Source of the DNA: Octopus bimaculoides
Lineage: Eukaryota
Length of the DNA: 64,000 nt
Reading direction: 5' to 3'
Assembly: GCF_001194135.2 (NCBI RefSeq)
Contig: NC_068984.1
Coordinates: 21,789,009 to 21,853,008 of the forward strand
Under the pieces are notes generated by a model. The model did not search any database and was not told where the DNA came from. It worked only from the letters and a program-made list of their open reading frames with translations. Both the position numbers and the translations under genes were made by a program. Shown one piece after another: positions 1-13,717 of the stretch (its first letter is position 1; each line of letters starts with the position of its first letter).

Positions 1-125
1 GACAATTTCATAGAAAATGGATGGAAAGAAAAAATACCGAAAACCCCCACTAAATACTGTTTCTAATTATAACTAATTTAGATACACAGACAACAATTTT
101 GCGGGGAGCATGTCAGTTGATAGTG

Positions 126-400
126 GAAATGCGTGGCATAGTAGTTAGAGTGCTGAATTTATGATCGCAAGATAGTAGTTTCGATACCTGAAACCGGCAA
201 TGCGCTGCGTTTTTTAACAAAACACTTTATTTCAGGTTGCTCTAGTCCTCTAATCTGTAAATGCGTACACTTGTGACGTGATCGCCTCACCGTTCATATT
301 TGTCACTTATTCAACATGGAAACCATGTAACCGGCACTATGAGCCGAAGGACTCGAGACTGTAATGTCTAGGGGTTGTTGTTGTCGATGATCATGATGAT
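126..400 (+). mobile_element. Decayed tRNA-derived SINE (family E)
   Basis: Degenerate A-box and B-box head (GCGTGGCATAGTAGTTAG...GTTTCGATACC). Similar to the better copy at 61629-61890. Ends in GTT/GAT repeats. Confidence 0.55.
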
Positions 401-1069
401 TGTTAGTCGATATAATCGGTACCAATAGTTGACTCGTGCTTTATTTTATCGAAATCGAAAGGATGAAAGGTAAAGTTTACCTCAGCTGGATATAAACTAA
501 GTGTTGTGTCGACGCCGCCCCCAGGCAAAGAAATAGGATCTCCCAAGACATATAAATAGAAGTAGTCTGGCCGTGGTAGGAGTGTTGAGTAGCGGTCTAA
601 ATAGCAGTTGTGTAGCGCTTGAGTAGAGATCATCCGAAGGTGCTAGATAGCAGTAGCGTTGAGACATAACACTTAGAATATAAAAAAGAGGCATCCTACA
701 GCTTTGACCATCCAGTCGTTTCCTTAGACACGGTGTATTTAGGACTACATTATCAAATATATCCTTTCATATGTAACTCAGTTCTTATCAATAATGTTTA
801 AAACAAATTTTATAGAGAATTATGTTGAACATTCCGAAATACCTAAATACTATAGAATCACAGGGTTTCAGTAAAATAATGACATCATCAGTCTAGCTAC
901 AATTACAGAAGAAATATTGAATAAAGTCAGAGATTATCACATACTTTCTTTATTTTATAAACAATATATATGTGTGTGCGAGTGTCTGTGATTGTGCATT
1001 TATACACACACATATATATTATAAACGTATAATTATATATGCGTGTATACCTATAAGACTATAAATATG

Positions 1070-1951
1070 TACTGCTTTGATCAATAAGTACCCGGACTGT
1101 TGCCATAGTAACGAAATTAAAGCATGCAGAGTAAAGCCGCTTAGCACAGATTGACTTTCAACTCTGCTGTCCATGCGCACTAAGTGTCAATGTTCTAGCT
1201 CACTTACGTTGTTTACAGCAGTGCTTTGAAGGAAGGTGTGTAGCATGTAATTGTCGCATTGACCATGACAGAGAAAGTTGAGAAGATAATCTGCATCAAT
1301 TTTGTCAAAAGTTTGGCGATACCTGCTCAGAGGCTACGCACATTTTTCAAAACAAATTTCATCGTTCTCGACACAATCAACAAGATATTGTGCAACTGAA
1401 ACCTGAGTGTCTTTTTGGTTAGCTAAAAGCAATTTTGACACGCATCTCATACCCAAATCATCAGGGATAAAGGACTGAGCTGAACCGTAACTAATCCGCA
1501 GATCCTCTGATAACTCACGGATGGTGATTTGACGATTTCCCCTCACAACTGTACGCACATCTGCAATGCTTTCCTCAATTCTGCTGATTGCGGGTCTGCC
1601 AGATGTTGCCACTGTTGACATTTTTTCGGCCATCTTGGAAACGTCTGAACCACTCGTACACTTGTGCGTGACTTATACACTCCTCTCCATACACTTTCTG
1701 CAACTTTACGTAGGCCTCTGAGCAGGTATCGCCATGACAACTTTCTCTGACATGGTCAATGCGACGATCACACGCCGCTATACACTGCTATAAACAAGCA
1801 CTGCTGTAAACAGCGGAAGTGAGCTAAAACGTTAAAACTTAGTGCGCATACACAGCAAAGTCAATTTCTTTCGAGTGGCTTCACTCTGCGTGCTTTATTT
1901 TCGACACTACAGCCACAGTCAGGATACTTTACTTATTGATCAGACCTCATA
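1070..1951. mobile_element. Non-autonomous mariner derivative made of two 5' ends in inverted orientation
   Basis: Right end reads TA|TGAGGTCTGATCAATAAGT on the minus strand, matched by TGATCAATAAGT at the left. About 1075-1335 mirrors about 1715-1945. Minus ORF 1334-1633 (SGRP...RQITIRELSEDLRISYGSAQSFIPDDLGMR...CVENDE) is the N-terminal HTH region of a mariner transposase. Confidence 0.8.
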
Positions 1952-2163
1952 TATATACACAAAGTGAGAGAAAAGGGATGAGCACGAAGAAGGGAAAGGG
2001 AGGGCGAGAGTAAATCTTCCATAACTGCATGGAAGCGATGTTTTGTCCTTTGTTTTACATTCGCTTCGTTGTCTGCGCCTTTCATTTCAATCATTTTGTA
2101 TTAATTCCATATATATATATATATACATATATATCTGTGTGCGTGCGTGTAGATACACACACA

Positions 2164-2213
<50 letters not shown>

Positions 2214-2887
2214 AGCACACAAGCATGCAGACACCCATTCTGCTTTTTAAAACGGTGGAGGGGTCTGCAAGTGTCCTGTAACCTGCATGCAGAAAAATTA
2301 CTGTCCCTGGAATTACATGTAATGTATATATAACTATCTTGCAAGTTATGTTGGAGATTCTTTTATTTCCGTTCCCGCTATCGCTTCGACCCTGACCGCA
2401 ATACGAAATTATTTTATTTTGAATCACTTATTTAACGCTCATGTATATCATATGTGCCTATTGCACACAGACCACCCCCACTCACTCACGTGTATGGAGA
2501 AAATGGGATAAGAGCGATTGTATATAAATTATATTAAATACTATAGTAATGCAAGCTTATTTGAAATAGAAAACGAAGAAAAGAACCCACAGATGAATTG
2601 GAACTGCTTATCTAAAATCTGCTAGGTGACGCTATTACTAATTACACCATTACTAACATCCAGAAAATGGCAGCTAAATACCACTCAAAATCACATCCTG
2701 GATCATAAGAGAGAATGAAGATAATGTGGATCGTGAGGCATTCTGAAAGAAAATCGGGATGGTCAACGTCGGGATGTCTTTGTTCATAGAAATACATAAC
2801 CAGAGAAATACTTGGAATAAACGACCACGATAACAGCACTGCTTACTGCCCCTACTGCCACAGCTTCACTGCCCCTGGTGGTGGTGG

Positions 2888-2941
<54 letters not shown>

Positions 2942-3183
2942 GTAAGTGCTTTTCTGCTTTGTTAATGTTTTTTATTGAACTTTTTAAAATGCCTTAAAAA
3001 TGACAGCTATTTCCCATTCAGCATATTACTCATATAGAAACTCAGTAGCAACGTATATAAGGTATATACGGTGTTTTCGACAAAAGTTAACTATTGCTAT
3101 ATTTTGGAGGAGCCACATCTAAAGCCTTTTAAAACAAGCATTAACTGATATTCGTCTACGTTCTGCCTGTTTTACCCTAGAAG

Positions 3184-3218
3184 ATTTCACGTTTCGAGCG
3201 GAGCACTTTATCAGAAAT
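3184..3218 (-). ncRNA. Degenerate minimal type I hammerhead ribozyme motif (predicted inactive)
   Basis: Minus strand: ATTT CTGATAA A GTGC TCC GCTC GAAAC GTG AAAT. Stem I is ATTT/AAAT, but G8 is changed to A and the cleavage-site base is G. Confidence 0.5.
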
Positions 3219-3330
3219 ATAGAAAAAGTCCAAAGAAGGAAGACGGAAAAAGAAAATCGCCAACGATACACACGCCGTCACATATTGAAATATAAATATG
3301 TATCCAATTTTTGTAGAAAATGGTGTAACA

Positions 3331-4718
3331 CAAGGTGATATTCCTGCTCCTAAAACTGTTTGCTATATATTTCGCAATAGTCTTTCAAATAGCTTTTAAA
3401 GATTGCCCTGAAGGGGTCTATATAAGATATAGGACAACAGGAAAACTGGTCAATCTCTAGAGACTCCGTGCCAAAACGAAAGTTCTGCATTCTCACCTTG
3501 TTGAGTTTCTGTATGCAGATGATTGTGACCTGTTGGTACATTCTCAGAAAGATATGCAGCACATGGTGAATGCGATTTCTGCAGCATGTGCAGCATTGGG
3601 TCTAACAATCAGTCTAAAAAAACTGTTATAATGTACCAGCCCGCTCCCTCCAAACTGTATGTGGAACCTTTTATAACTGTGAATGGTCAAAGGTTGGAGA
3701 CTGTACCCAGATTTATTTATTTAGGAAGTACCGTGAGCGCTGCTGGTCTTGATGATGAAATTTCATACCGAATCAGCAGGGCTAGTAGTGCTTTTGGTAG
3801 GCTTGATAGGCGTCTGTGGAAACAACATAATATATCTCCACAAATTAAAGTTAAGGTATATAACACATGCGTCCTCCCATCTTTGCTATATGGAAGTGAG
3901 GCATGGGTTGTTTACCCTAGGCAATCAATACTGTCTGAGAAAAATTTTGGGGATAAACTGGAAAATGGCCATTAGTGATGTGGAGGTGCTTGAGAGGAGT
4001 GGCAGTAGAAGTATAGAGTCAATGATTTTGCAAAGACGTTTCAGGTGGGGTAGGGGGCATTTGGTAACGATGAGTGATGAGCGACTGCCCAAGGAGCTAT
4101 TGTATGGTGAGCTGGAAGATGGCAGGAGGCCAGCGCATAAGCCTAAACTAAGGTTTAAGGATTGCCTTAAAAATACTCTAATACAGACAGTAATTGCAGC
4201 TGGTAATTGGGAGAGAGAGACACAAGACTGTGATGGATGGAGGAAGATGGTGCATGATGGTTGTTCAAGGTTTGAGAGGGAGAGAGTGAAGTATGAGGGA
4301 ATTAGGTAATTAGGTGGGGGCTTATAAGGGGAGAACCTGTGGAAAGTCAGAAAGTGTTGATATTAATGTGTGTAGTTTGTGGGCGGACGTGTTTGAGTCG
4401 TGTAGGCCTGGTGAACCATCGAAATTCTCACAGAAATCAACCAATGATAAACAATGATGTGCCTATTAAAATTCATGACAGAACGTGTGTAAAATATGGA
4501 AGGGTGTGCCTCTCAGTTGGAGGTCTAAAAGGACATGTTAAGAAAGTACATATGGTGACGTCTGTTTCTCCTGCCAGCTAGCACAGTATGTAATAAAATG
4601 TGTAAAAGCTTGGTTGGGCTTAAAAGTCATATAAGGGTATCCCATGGCAACAATCATGAATCATTTTAGCAAGTCTTCTTGGCAATGACTTTTCTCTTGT
4701 AACGACAACGAAGCTGTG
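3331..4718 (+). mobile_element. 5'-truncated RTE-clade LINE (RT C-half plus C-terminal C2H2 fingers), frameshifted
   Basis: YADD at 3512-3523. Motifs FIYLGS, ASSAFGRL, LPSLLYGSEAW, ERLPKELLYGEL and KPKLRFKD lie across ORFs 3586-3975 and 3749-4309. C2H2-like motifs at 4339-4650. Ends at (TA)n. Confidence 0.9.
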
Positions 4719-4774
<56 letters not shown>

Positions 4775-7539
4775 NNNNNNNNNNNNNNNNNNNNNNNNNN
4801 NNNNNNNNNNNNNNNNNNNNNNNNNNNNNNNNNNNNNNNNNNNNNNNNNNNNNNNNNNNNNNNNNNNNNNNNNNNNNNNNNNNNNNNNNNNNNNNNNNNN
4901 NNNNNNNNNNNNNNNNNNNNNNNNNNNNNNNNNNNNNNNNNNNNNNNNNNNNNNNNNNNNNNNNNNNNNNNNNNNNNNNNNNNNNNNNNNNNNNNNNNNN
5001 NNNNNNNNNNNNNNNNNNNNNNNNNNNNNNNNNNNNNNNNNNNNNNNNNNNNNNNNNNNNNNNNNNNNNNNTATATATATATATATATATATATGTAGGT
5101 ATACACACAGACGTATATAGAATATAAATACGTAGAAATACTTGTTTTATCTACACACAGAGATAGACATGCAGACATCTATATACGAGTCTAGCAATGT
5201 AATGACCTAGGGGAATAATTTCTCTGAGAAGGAAAGAAAATACATTAGATTTGCTATATTGTAGCCGCAAGTTCTTTTGTTCATTTCCATATTAAAATGA
5301 CGCCATTCCTTCTAACAAGACATACAATTCAGTAATATTATTTCAAAATTGCATTATTATTTTTAGTATTGTTGTATCAGCTCTCTTTTATTGGTTATGT
5401 TGGTCGTGGTAATGGTGGTGATGCTGGTGTTGGCTGTAGTTATTGTGATTGCGTTATTGTCCTTTCGGTAGTGCTTAAACGATGGCTGTAGTGGCAGCGG
5501 TTGTGATGGTTGCGGTCGTGTTGTTTGTGCAGGTGGTTGTAGCTGTTACTGCCGTACTTGTGATTTTTGTGGTAGTTGCGGCTATGCCCGTGGTTACGTA
5601 GACTGGTGTGGTCATGGTGGTAGTTATGATAGTTATAATGGTTAGTGCTGTGGTGGTGTTTGTGGCAATGTTTTTCTATTGTGTGGTATCTGTTGACTAG
5701 ATGATACGAATATAAATTACATTACTTTAAACTTGGTCATTACAATATCTATCTAATACAATTATAACTTTACATGAGCTAAGGGAAATAACTCCAGTGT
5801 TTCACGGGAAGGAATGAAGTAGACAATTACGTAAACACACACACACATATATATACACCCGTAAAAATTCTGAATTTATTTACATCCTAGTTGGAGAAAA
5901 ACAACAAAAACCTAGCAGTAGTTGCTAAAGGGAATTAATTTCTAGAAATTAGGAATTAATTTTACAATGATCATATATATTTTGAGAAAAAAAAATCTGA
6001 TTTTTACTTCTGGGCAGGGGGGGGGGCAACCACTAGCATATTTCGGTCTTGTTAGACTTCATCCTGCTTTAATCAATTGACAAAGGTTTTTCCATGAACG
6101 AAAAGAATTACGAAGAGTTTTGTCTGGATGTGTAAACGGCATTACTGCAATGTTTCGTTCTATTGCATCATGTCTTTACGTTCTGAGTTCAAATTCCACT
6201 AAAGCCGGCTTTGCCTTGCTACCTTCCTGAGCAGGTAAAATAAGAACCAGGCTGATATGCCCCTTAGTGAATAGCAAACCAAGCTCTTACAGAGGTAATA
6301 TAAGTAGTACTAAAATACTTAAGTTGAGATAATCTACAATATCCGGTTGGTAAAATATATAAATTTGTCCAATGACAGCTTTGAGAAATTCAACTAATGA
6401 AGTCATGTGACCTCATGGTTAGGCTGTTCAGCTCATGATCATAAAGCGGTAAACCGGATGATAATTCTTATCTTTGTGCAAGATACTTCATTCAACTTTC
6501 CTCCTATAAACTGGCCTATGAGATATACCAGCTATTTAACAGTCATGTCGTGGACATTCCACTCAGCCATAAGTGGGTTGACAAGAGATATCAATGTTCA
6601 TTCGCGATTACATAAATACCTAAAACAATTAACTAAAATGTAGTACGTACTGTCAGGTTATATTTGCTTGTGAGTGTAGACTATACCGGGTAGATATAAT
6701 ACGTAGCAGTGAAGTAGTTGGATTGATATAGTAGACAATACGATCCCAACTTGTCCCAAATTTATGGCTTTCTGCCAATGACACAAATCGATATTGTAGT
6801 CCTGCAGGCAATGTCAAACGAGAATATCTCTCTGCATACAGACATGCGTTAAACTATAACAAACAGCAACAGATAATGAAACAGCAGAATAAACTGACAA
6901 ATGGGTTGGAGAAGCTCTTTAGTCTTGGTTGGCAACCTTTCTAGAATTTATACATTGAAAAGAAAAGGAAAAATACGTCAAGAGAAAAAAAAAAGAATAA
7001 GAAATAAAGATGTGGTTGATTTTTTTTTAGCATAAAATACTTTTCTCTTTGATGTACGAAAGCTGTCGTTAAATAACAGCGTTGATGGGGCTAGAGCTGA
7101 CAATAAAAATAAAACCTCTCATCTAGCGAGCGTTGAGTTGAAGATAAATGTAAATAGAAACCATCTGTAATACAAACATTGCATCATTATTGCATGGAAA
7201 TTATCTAAGGATGTCAACGGGAAAATGATAGAGTGTTATTGTGTTATTATAGGAAAAAATCAAGGAAAGTTCGTTTGGTATGTTCAAAACAGAAGAGAAA
7301 AATAAGAAACAAGAAAAAAGCGGGCTGTTCCTGGATCAGTTGTAAATAATAATAGCCGAGAAGTAGAGTCAAGAAGTAATTAGAAGGTTAGATTAGGCAG
7401 ATCCCCAAATCTAAACAGTTACAGAAGAGAAAAAAACAACAAATTTGCAAAGGTAATTACCGGGATATAATTCGTAATATAATAAAAAAAAAAGTGATAA
7501 AAATAATAACTGCTTCTAACAGAGGTGAAGGTTAAGATT

Positions 7540-8134
7540 TTGATGGTTGATGAATCAACCGATTAAATCGACTCAAGTACTTAACAAATATTCTATTTCA
7601 TTGATCTCTGAGGGATGAATAGCCAAGTCGACCTCAGTGGGACTTGAAACCGGAAAAGCCGGAAAAAATAATACGCTCATTAGTAATAACAATAATTGCG
7701 TTTCAACATAAGTGCAGTGTCTCAAATTTTTGGAGAGGAGGCACTCAATTTAATAAATCTCAGCATTTCAGTAGTACTTTATTTTATCGACCCCAGAAAG
7801 ATGAAATTCGGCAGGATTTTATCACAGCACGTCAAAAGCCAGAACTCAATTTCACATTTTGTCTGATGCTTTACTGATCCTACCAACCTATAATATTATT
7901 CTAGCAAAGGCACAAGGCCTGAAATTATTATTAGTAAATTTTTTTTGGGGTGGGTGGGTAATCGATTACATCAATCCCACTGTTTCACTGGTACTTAATG
8001 TACCGACCCCAAAAGGATGAAAGGCAATGTCGACCTCGGCGGAATATGAACTCAGGACTGAGTGACGGGCGAAATACCTCTAAGCATTTCGTCCAACGAG
8101 CTAACGATTCTGCCAGCTTGCTGCCTCAGTAGTA

Positions 8135-8182
<48 letters not shown>

Positions 8183-9000
8183 TCCAGTAAATCCACCTAA
8201 ATTTGATTCTTAATTCATTTTCTTGAAGCCGGAGAAATGAAAAGCAAAGCTGACTCCGGTCGAAAGAAATGCCATAATATATTCTATATGAGGTGCTAAC
8301 GATTCTATATTCCCACCACTATTTTATACGAGGTTCTGACGATTCTGTCTACCCCTATTTTAATCAAAATAATTTCTGATATAGGCTCAACGTCAGCAAT
8401 TCTAATGCGTGGCTGACATTATTTTATCGCCACCAAATGGACAAAAGTGGGGATTTGACATCGGCAGGATTTGAACATAAAAAGCAGGGAAAATTACTGC
8501 AAAAAAACTTCTTCCGACGTTCTAATGATTCTGTCAGTTTGCTATCCGCTTAATGAATACATAATCCTTCCTGCTTTAAACACAAAGCCTGAAATTTTGG
8601 GGGTGGGGAATAGTTGGTTACATCGATTCCAGTGCTCATCTGATATTTATTTTATCGACTCCGAAAGGGACGAAATGCAAAAACGACCTCAGCGGAATTT
8701 GAACTCAAAACACAAAGACAGACGAAATACTGCTAAGCATTTTGCCCGGCGTGCTAACGATTCTTCATACTCGCCGCTTTTCTTAATGAATACTTAAAGG
8801 TTTCAAATTTTGGCACCAGGCCAGCAAATTCGGTGGTAAGTCAATTACATCGACCCCATTGTTCAACTACTACCTATTTTATAGACTCCGGAAGAATGGC
8901 AGACAAAGCTGGCATTTGAACTTAGAACGTAAAGACGGACAAAATGCTGCTAAGCATTTTGCCCGGAGTGCTAACGATTCCACCAGCTCGCAGCTTTTGT
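7540..9000 (-). mobile_element. Cluster of decayed tRNA-derived SINE family D copies (best: about 7900-8126, 8565-8780, 8795-8995)
   Basis: Repeated ...GACCCCAAAAGGATGAAAGGC...GAACTCAG...CTAAGCATTT...CTAACGATTCTGCCAGC segments. On the minus strand these give a head GCTGGCAGAATCGTTAG and a B-box GAGTTCA(A/T)ATTCC. Confidence 0.75.
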
Positions 9001-10852
9001 TAATGAATACACAATAATATTAGAATTTTTTAGAAAGAGAAGATTTCGATGCCAAAGCAGGAGAAAGAAGGCAGTAAAAAAACGAGAGCACAAATAATGA
9101 ATATAAATGACAGTTATCAAATAGGCTGAGAGGTAGTGGAAGAGGAGTATAGGGAAGATTAAGAAGATAGAAAGAAATAATTAAGTGTGACCAAATAAGA
9201 ATAGATTAGATCAGATTATACATGGCATTTCGAGAAAGTTAATGATGTTTTCAACACAATTTGAATAACATCGCGGATAGCATGAGGTGCTTTTCACTGT
9301 AGGGCGTCATTTGTAACGGTATTTTCAAGACTTAGAAAAAATTAAATCTAAATATTTATCACGTTATTCCTAGGTGTTAAAAAAAAACAATATGGTGTTA
9401 AAGAAACAAAAACACGAAGAACGAAAAGGCAAATATTTAGAATCAGTAGGAAAGAGACTCGAAGATAAATTAAATACAGCAATAGAATGCTGAGTCAGGT
9501 TTCTTTAACAGTGGTAAAAAAAACAAACAAAACAAAAAAAACAAAAAAAACATAAACAAAAAAAGATAGAGAGTGAAACAACTCTCTCTATCCTCCCCGA
9601 ACCAGTGACGGTTTTCTAGCCAGGAGTAGTAGTGACAAGTAATGAATTGTAAATTGAAGTCGAGGAGAAAAATGATGTTGAATGAGGAAGGCTTTCTCAT
9701 GTTCAAAATAACGTGTACAGGTATAGTTGTGTGATTAAGTTTATTTACAAATCTCTAGCTCTGGGTTTCATTTCCACTGCATGTTCATATGAGCAAGCGG
9801 CAGTTACATATGTTTACACACACACACACACACACACGTACATATACATACATATATATATATATNNNNNNNNNNNNNNNNNNNNNNNNNNNNNNNNNNN
9901 NNNNNNNNNNNNNNNNNNNNNNNNNNNNNNNNNNNNNNNNNNNNNNNNNNNNNNNNNNNNNNNNNTATATATATATATATATATATATGCATGCATTTAT
10001 ATATATATATATGCATGCATTTATATACATATACATATATATATGCATGCATTTATATATATATATATATATACCTATATATGCATGCATTTATATATAT
10101 ATATATATATACCTATATATATATATTTACATATACATATATATATATATACATATATATACATGCATATACTGTAATCAGAAGAACTCTTTATGTAACA
10201 TCTAAAGACCATAGAGAAAACTGTACCCGTAATTCTAACTGCTAGAAGTAGCAACAAAATTTACTTCAACTGATCGTGTTCTCTTAATAAAAGAAAATTT
10301 ACATTGGTTAATGTATGTCTGATATAAGACATGATAGTCTCATCTGGAACGTCTTTGATCTTATGTCTGTAGGATCAGAATTAGCTTAGGATTAAATAAC
10401 CGAACCAGTGACACATCGTATTTCAAATATTCAGTTGATAGTTTATCGCGAGACGGACAGTTGCGAACTCCTCAGTTATTGAAATCTATCACTTGTCAAA
10501 CATCGTTCATTTATTCAACATGTTGCTTCTATTTCCCTGCCTCTCATCGCCCAGTTTATGTTTTCCTCATAAATAACATGCAACAAATGTCCTTATTTCT
10601 AAAGAATGCACTCTTCAAGCAACCAGTTCCTGCAAATGTTTACTCGGCTCGTAATATACATGTCATTGAGTTGTTGAACTTTGTAAAATAGCTTCAAAGA
10701 ATCACATTCAGATTTGCGATTCAAAAGGCTCTCCTCTACCAAAAGATATGTGTACAGACTTTCTTCATTGACAAGATATTGAAAATCTTCGTATTACTGC
10801 ATGATTACTTGCATCAATCATTATATGATCGAATAAAATAGAAAGAGCGTGA

Positions 10853-10887
<35 letters not shown>

Positions 10888-10931
10888 CACACACGCACAT
10901 ATATACAAACAAATATATACATACATAAATA

Positions 10932-10966
<35 letters not shown>

Positions 10967-12639
10967 TGGGAGAAAGAGAGAGATCTAGCAATTTGTTGCC
11001 TACCATTAAGTTTGGCATTAATACAGCATGTTCTGTATGAAGAAACCAAATTACACAGCAAAACCAAATCAAGTACAAACCAGAAAATCACCAATCACAG
11101 GAAAATTCTTTACATGCATATATGACAACATAAATTCTATACAGGCGAATTACTTTAGAGCAGTGGTTGAAAAGTTCAACAACCAAAAGAAAAAATAGAA
11201 CTATTTTTTTAAATCAGCCTTTATCTATTTTGTTTACTTACTATCAGTATGCGCCGTGGTGGTTTTGATTAACAGAATATGAAAATAAACTTCTTTTCTA
11301 TCATGTATTCAAATCCCAAGCAGTAATACTCTTCTTGTAATATAGGTAATTTTAAGAAATAGTCATTACTGTGCAATGTCGATGTAGGAATTCATTCGCA
11401 TTTGTTTTGACGTAGAATAAGTGTTTGGTGTTTGACTGCAGTGGGGTAATACCAGCTGCTTTCCATGTACTGCCGATGAAAGAGTCAGATGAGGCTCGGG
11501 CCAATATATGGGCAGTCTGGTGTTTAAAACTGAGAACACATCAACGAGTTAGACAAATCTCTTTCCTACACTCAGGCCCGTAGTCTGGAGTCACAGAAAC
11601 ATAGATATAAATCAAACCATTTTGAAACTTATAGTGACAATGGATTAACCAGGTTATAAAAAAAATACATAAACTTTAACCAGGGATATTGAATGCTTTT
11701 AACGTCTTAACATTTGTATCCGCAACTTTCTGGCTCTATTTAGATACTGTTTACGTTATAAAGTTATGATTCATTAAACTGTATCTACAAGGAACTGGGG
11801 GAGAAACTTGGCAAGCTTCTAGCCTTATATCAACCTAAAGATATGATAGAACATTCAGTGGATTTGGATGGAACCCGCGACCACATCGTTGAGAACAAAA
11901 TAATCAACCACAAAGCCATGCACCGAGACAGAACTAGATAACTTAAGCAATAGAGAAGTAGATTTCATTTTAGATGGATATTCCCATAGGAATTAGTCTT
12001 ATGAAATGCTTAAATGTTAAATATTTCCTGGGTGTTGAATTTCACTCGGGTGAAGAATTTACACGCCTGATTAATTTTACTGAAATCTTTAATTTTGCTT
12101 GGGTGTTGAATTATATTATGAGTATTTAATTTCAGTTTAGGTGTTGAATTAGACAGGGTCGTTGAATATTTCTAGTATGTCGGAGTTTTATTTGACTGAC
12201 TTTCATTTTCAGAATAGTTTTATAAATTGCCGTCACAGAGTAGTAACATTAAAAACAGCTGTAAACTTCACAGCTGCAATAAATAAATAATTGTTAAAGC
12301 AAATATATAAATCGTTTTTAATCATGTAACTCGAAGTAGATAAAACTATAATTAAAGCGTGTAAGTACTGGGTTTAAAAAAGAATTCCTTTTGAGAGTTA
12401 AAAACGAAGGCTACTAGTAGGACCCAAAACCACATCTGTAAGCATACGAGATGTTCAACAATTAGACGAAAACAATATTTTGGAATTCTTTTTCCATTTA
12501 AGAAGTTTTGTTCTTAACAGTGAGAATTGTGTGTACTTTACGTCATTAGCATTCAGAAACATTGAAAGACGTGAGACATTTCATTTTTAACAGTTGAACA
12601 CCAAATAGGTAATGCTATAAACAATAGCATGTAAATATT

Positions 12640-12842
12640 CTTTTCTACTCTAGGCACAAAGTCCGAAATTTTTGCCGGAGGGGGCCAGTCGATTATATCG
12701 ACCCCAGAATGCAGCTAGTACTTAATTTAGCGACTCCAAAAGGATGAAAGGCAAAATCAACCTCGGTGGAATTTGAACTTTGAACATAAAGAGAGACGAA
12801 ATATCGCTAAGAATTTCGCCCGGCGTGCAGTTCGCCACCTTA
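12640..12842 (-). mobile_element. SINE family D copy
   Basis: Same GGATGAAAGGCAAA...GGAATTTGAAC core as the other family D copies. Confidence 0.7.
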
Positions 12843-12914
12843 ATAACATGTAAGTACTAGATTAAAAACTCTCTTTTGAAAGAAGTTGAATAATTAAACA
12901 GAAATGGAACTTAC

Positions 12915-13109
12915 CGTTGCAAGCATACAGCGAACCTCTTTGATTGCCCCGCAACATCCGAGGAATGACAGTATGATGACAATGCTGCCCAGGGTTATAA
13001 GCATGAAAGCAACAGGCAAAAACAAGTTGCTGCCTAAAGATGTGATGCAGGCTGGCGTGTCATTGGCGCGTGTGTAGATACCAATGCCCAGTAATACACA
13101 ACCACATAT
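12915..13109 (-). CDS. Tetraspanin coding exon 2 (end of TM1, small extracellular loop, TM2, intracellular loop)
   Basis: 195 nt, phase 0/0. Acceptor TTTTTCTTTATCAG (AG at 13111-13110) and donor GTAAGT (GT at 12914-12913). Encodes ICGCVLLGIGIYTRANDTPACITSLGSNLFLPVAFMLITLGSIVIILSFLGCCGAIKEVRCMLAT, which contains the tetraspanin signature FLGCCGAxxExxCML. Confidence 0.95.
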
Positions 13110-13644
13110 CTGATAAAGAAAAATTAGATTTAGTTGTGATATATGAATGCAGTCAAATAGGATATTATGTATAAGAAAACAAATCAAAGTAAACATTAAC
13201 AGGTCTAGTTTGTTGTGAATCTGACATCAACACGCATACATATGTATAAATGACATTTACAAACTTTCACACGCATAAACATACGTGTGTGTGTGTGTGT
13301 GTTTGTATGAGAGAGAGATACACACAGTGTGTATGCACGTTCTAGTGCATACACTTTTTATCTGTTTCTTTGTGTCGGAGAACACACACACACATATATA
13401 TATATCAGCCAATATATATGTAATAAGAGCACCTGGTATTTCCTGGTGGCCACTGAGTGTGAGGGAGATAATCGTTTCTACATACTTGTCAAGATTAAAA
13501 GACTGAAATTTAAAATCGGGCAACAAGGAACAAGAACTTAAAATTTCTAGCTTATATATATATATATATATATACTCATATGTGTATACATATATGCTTG
13601 CGTGTGTATATATCTATATGTATATATTATATATATGTTAATAC

Positions 13645-13717
<73 letters not shown>

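Noticed and set aside
852-895. Minus-strand CTGATGA...GAAAC hammerhead-like spacing
   Set aside because: Stem II does not pair and there is no UH triplet before stem I. At best a heavily decayed relic.
2642-2839. Hydrophobic minus ORF as a possible downstream tetraspanin exon
   Set aside because: No TM3, CCG or TM4 motifs and no suitable donor.
5395-5700. Val/Gly-rich GTG/GGT stretch that looks coding
   Set aside because: Low-complexity degenerate trinucleotide repeat, like 44500-44640 and 45760-46900.
6850-6893. AG followed by FILLFHYLLLFVIV as candidate tetraspanin exon 3
   Set aside because: In-frame TAA after 14 codons and no donor site.
11004-11032. Minus-strand TCCINAKLN as a candidate large-loop exon
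   Set aside because: Lacks the invariant CCG and is too short.
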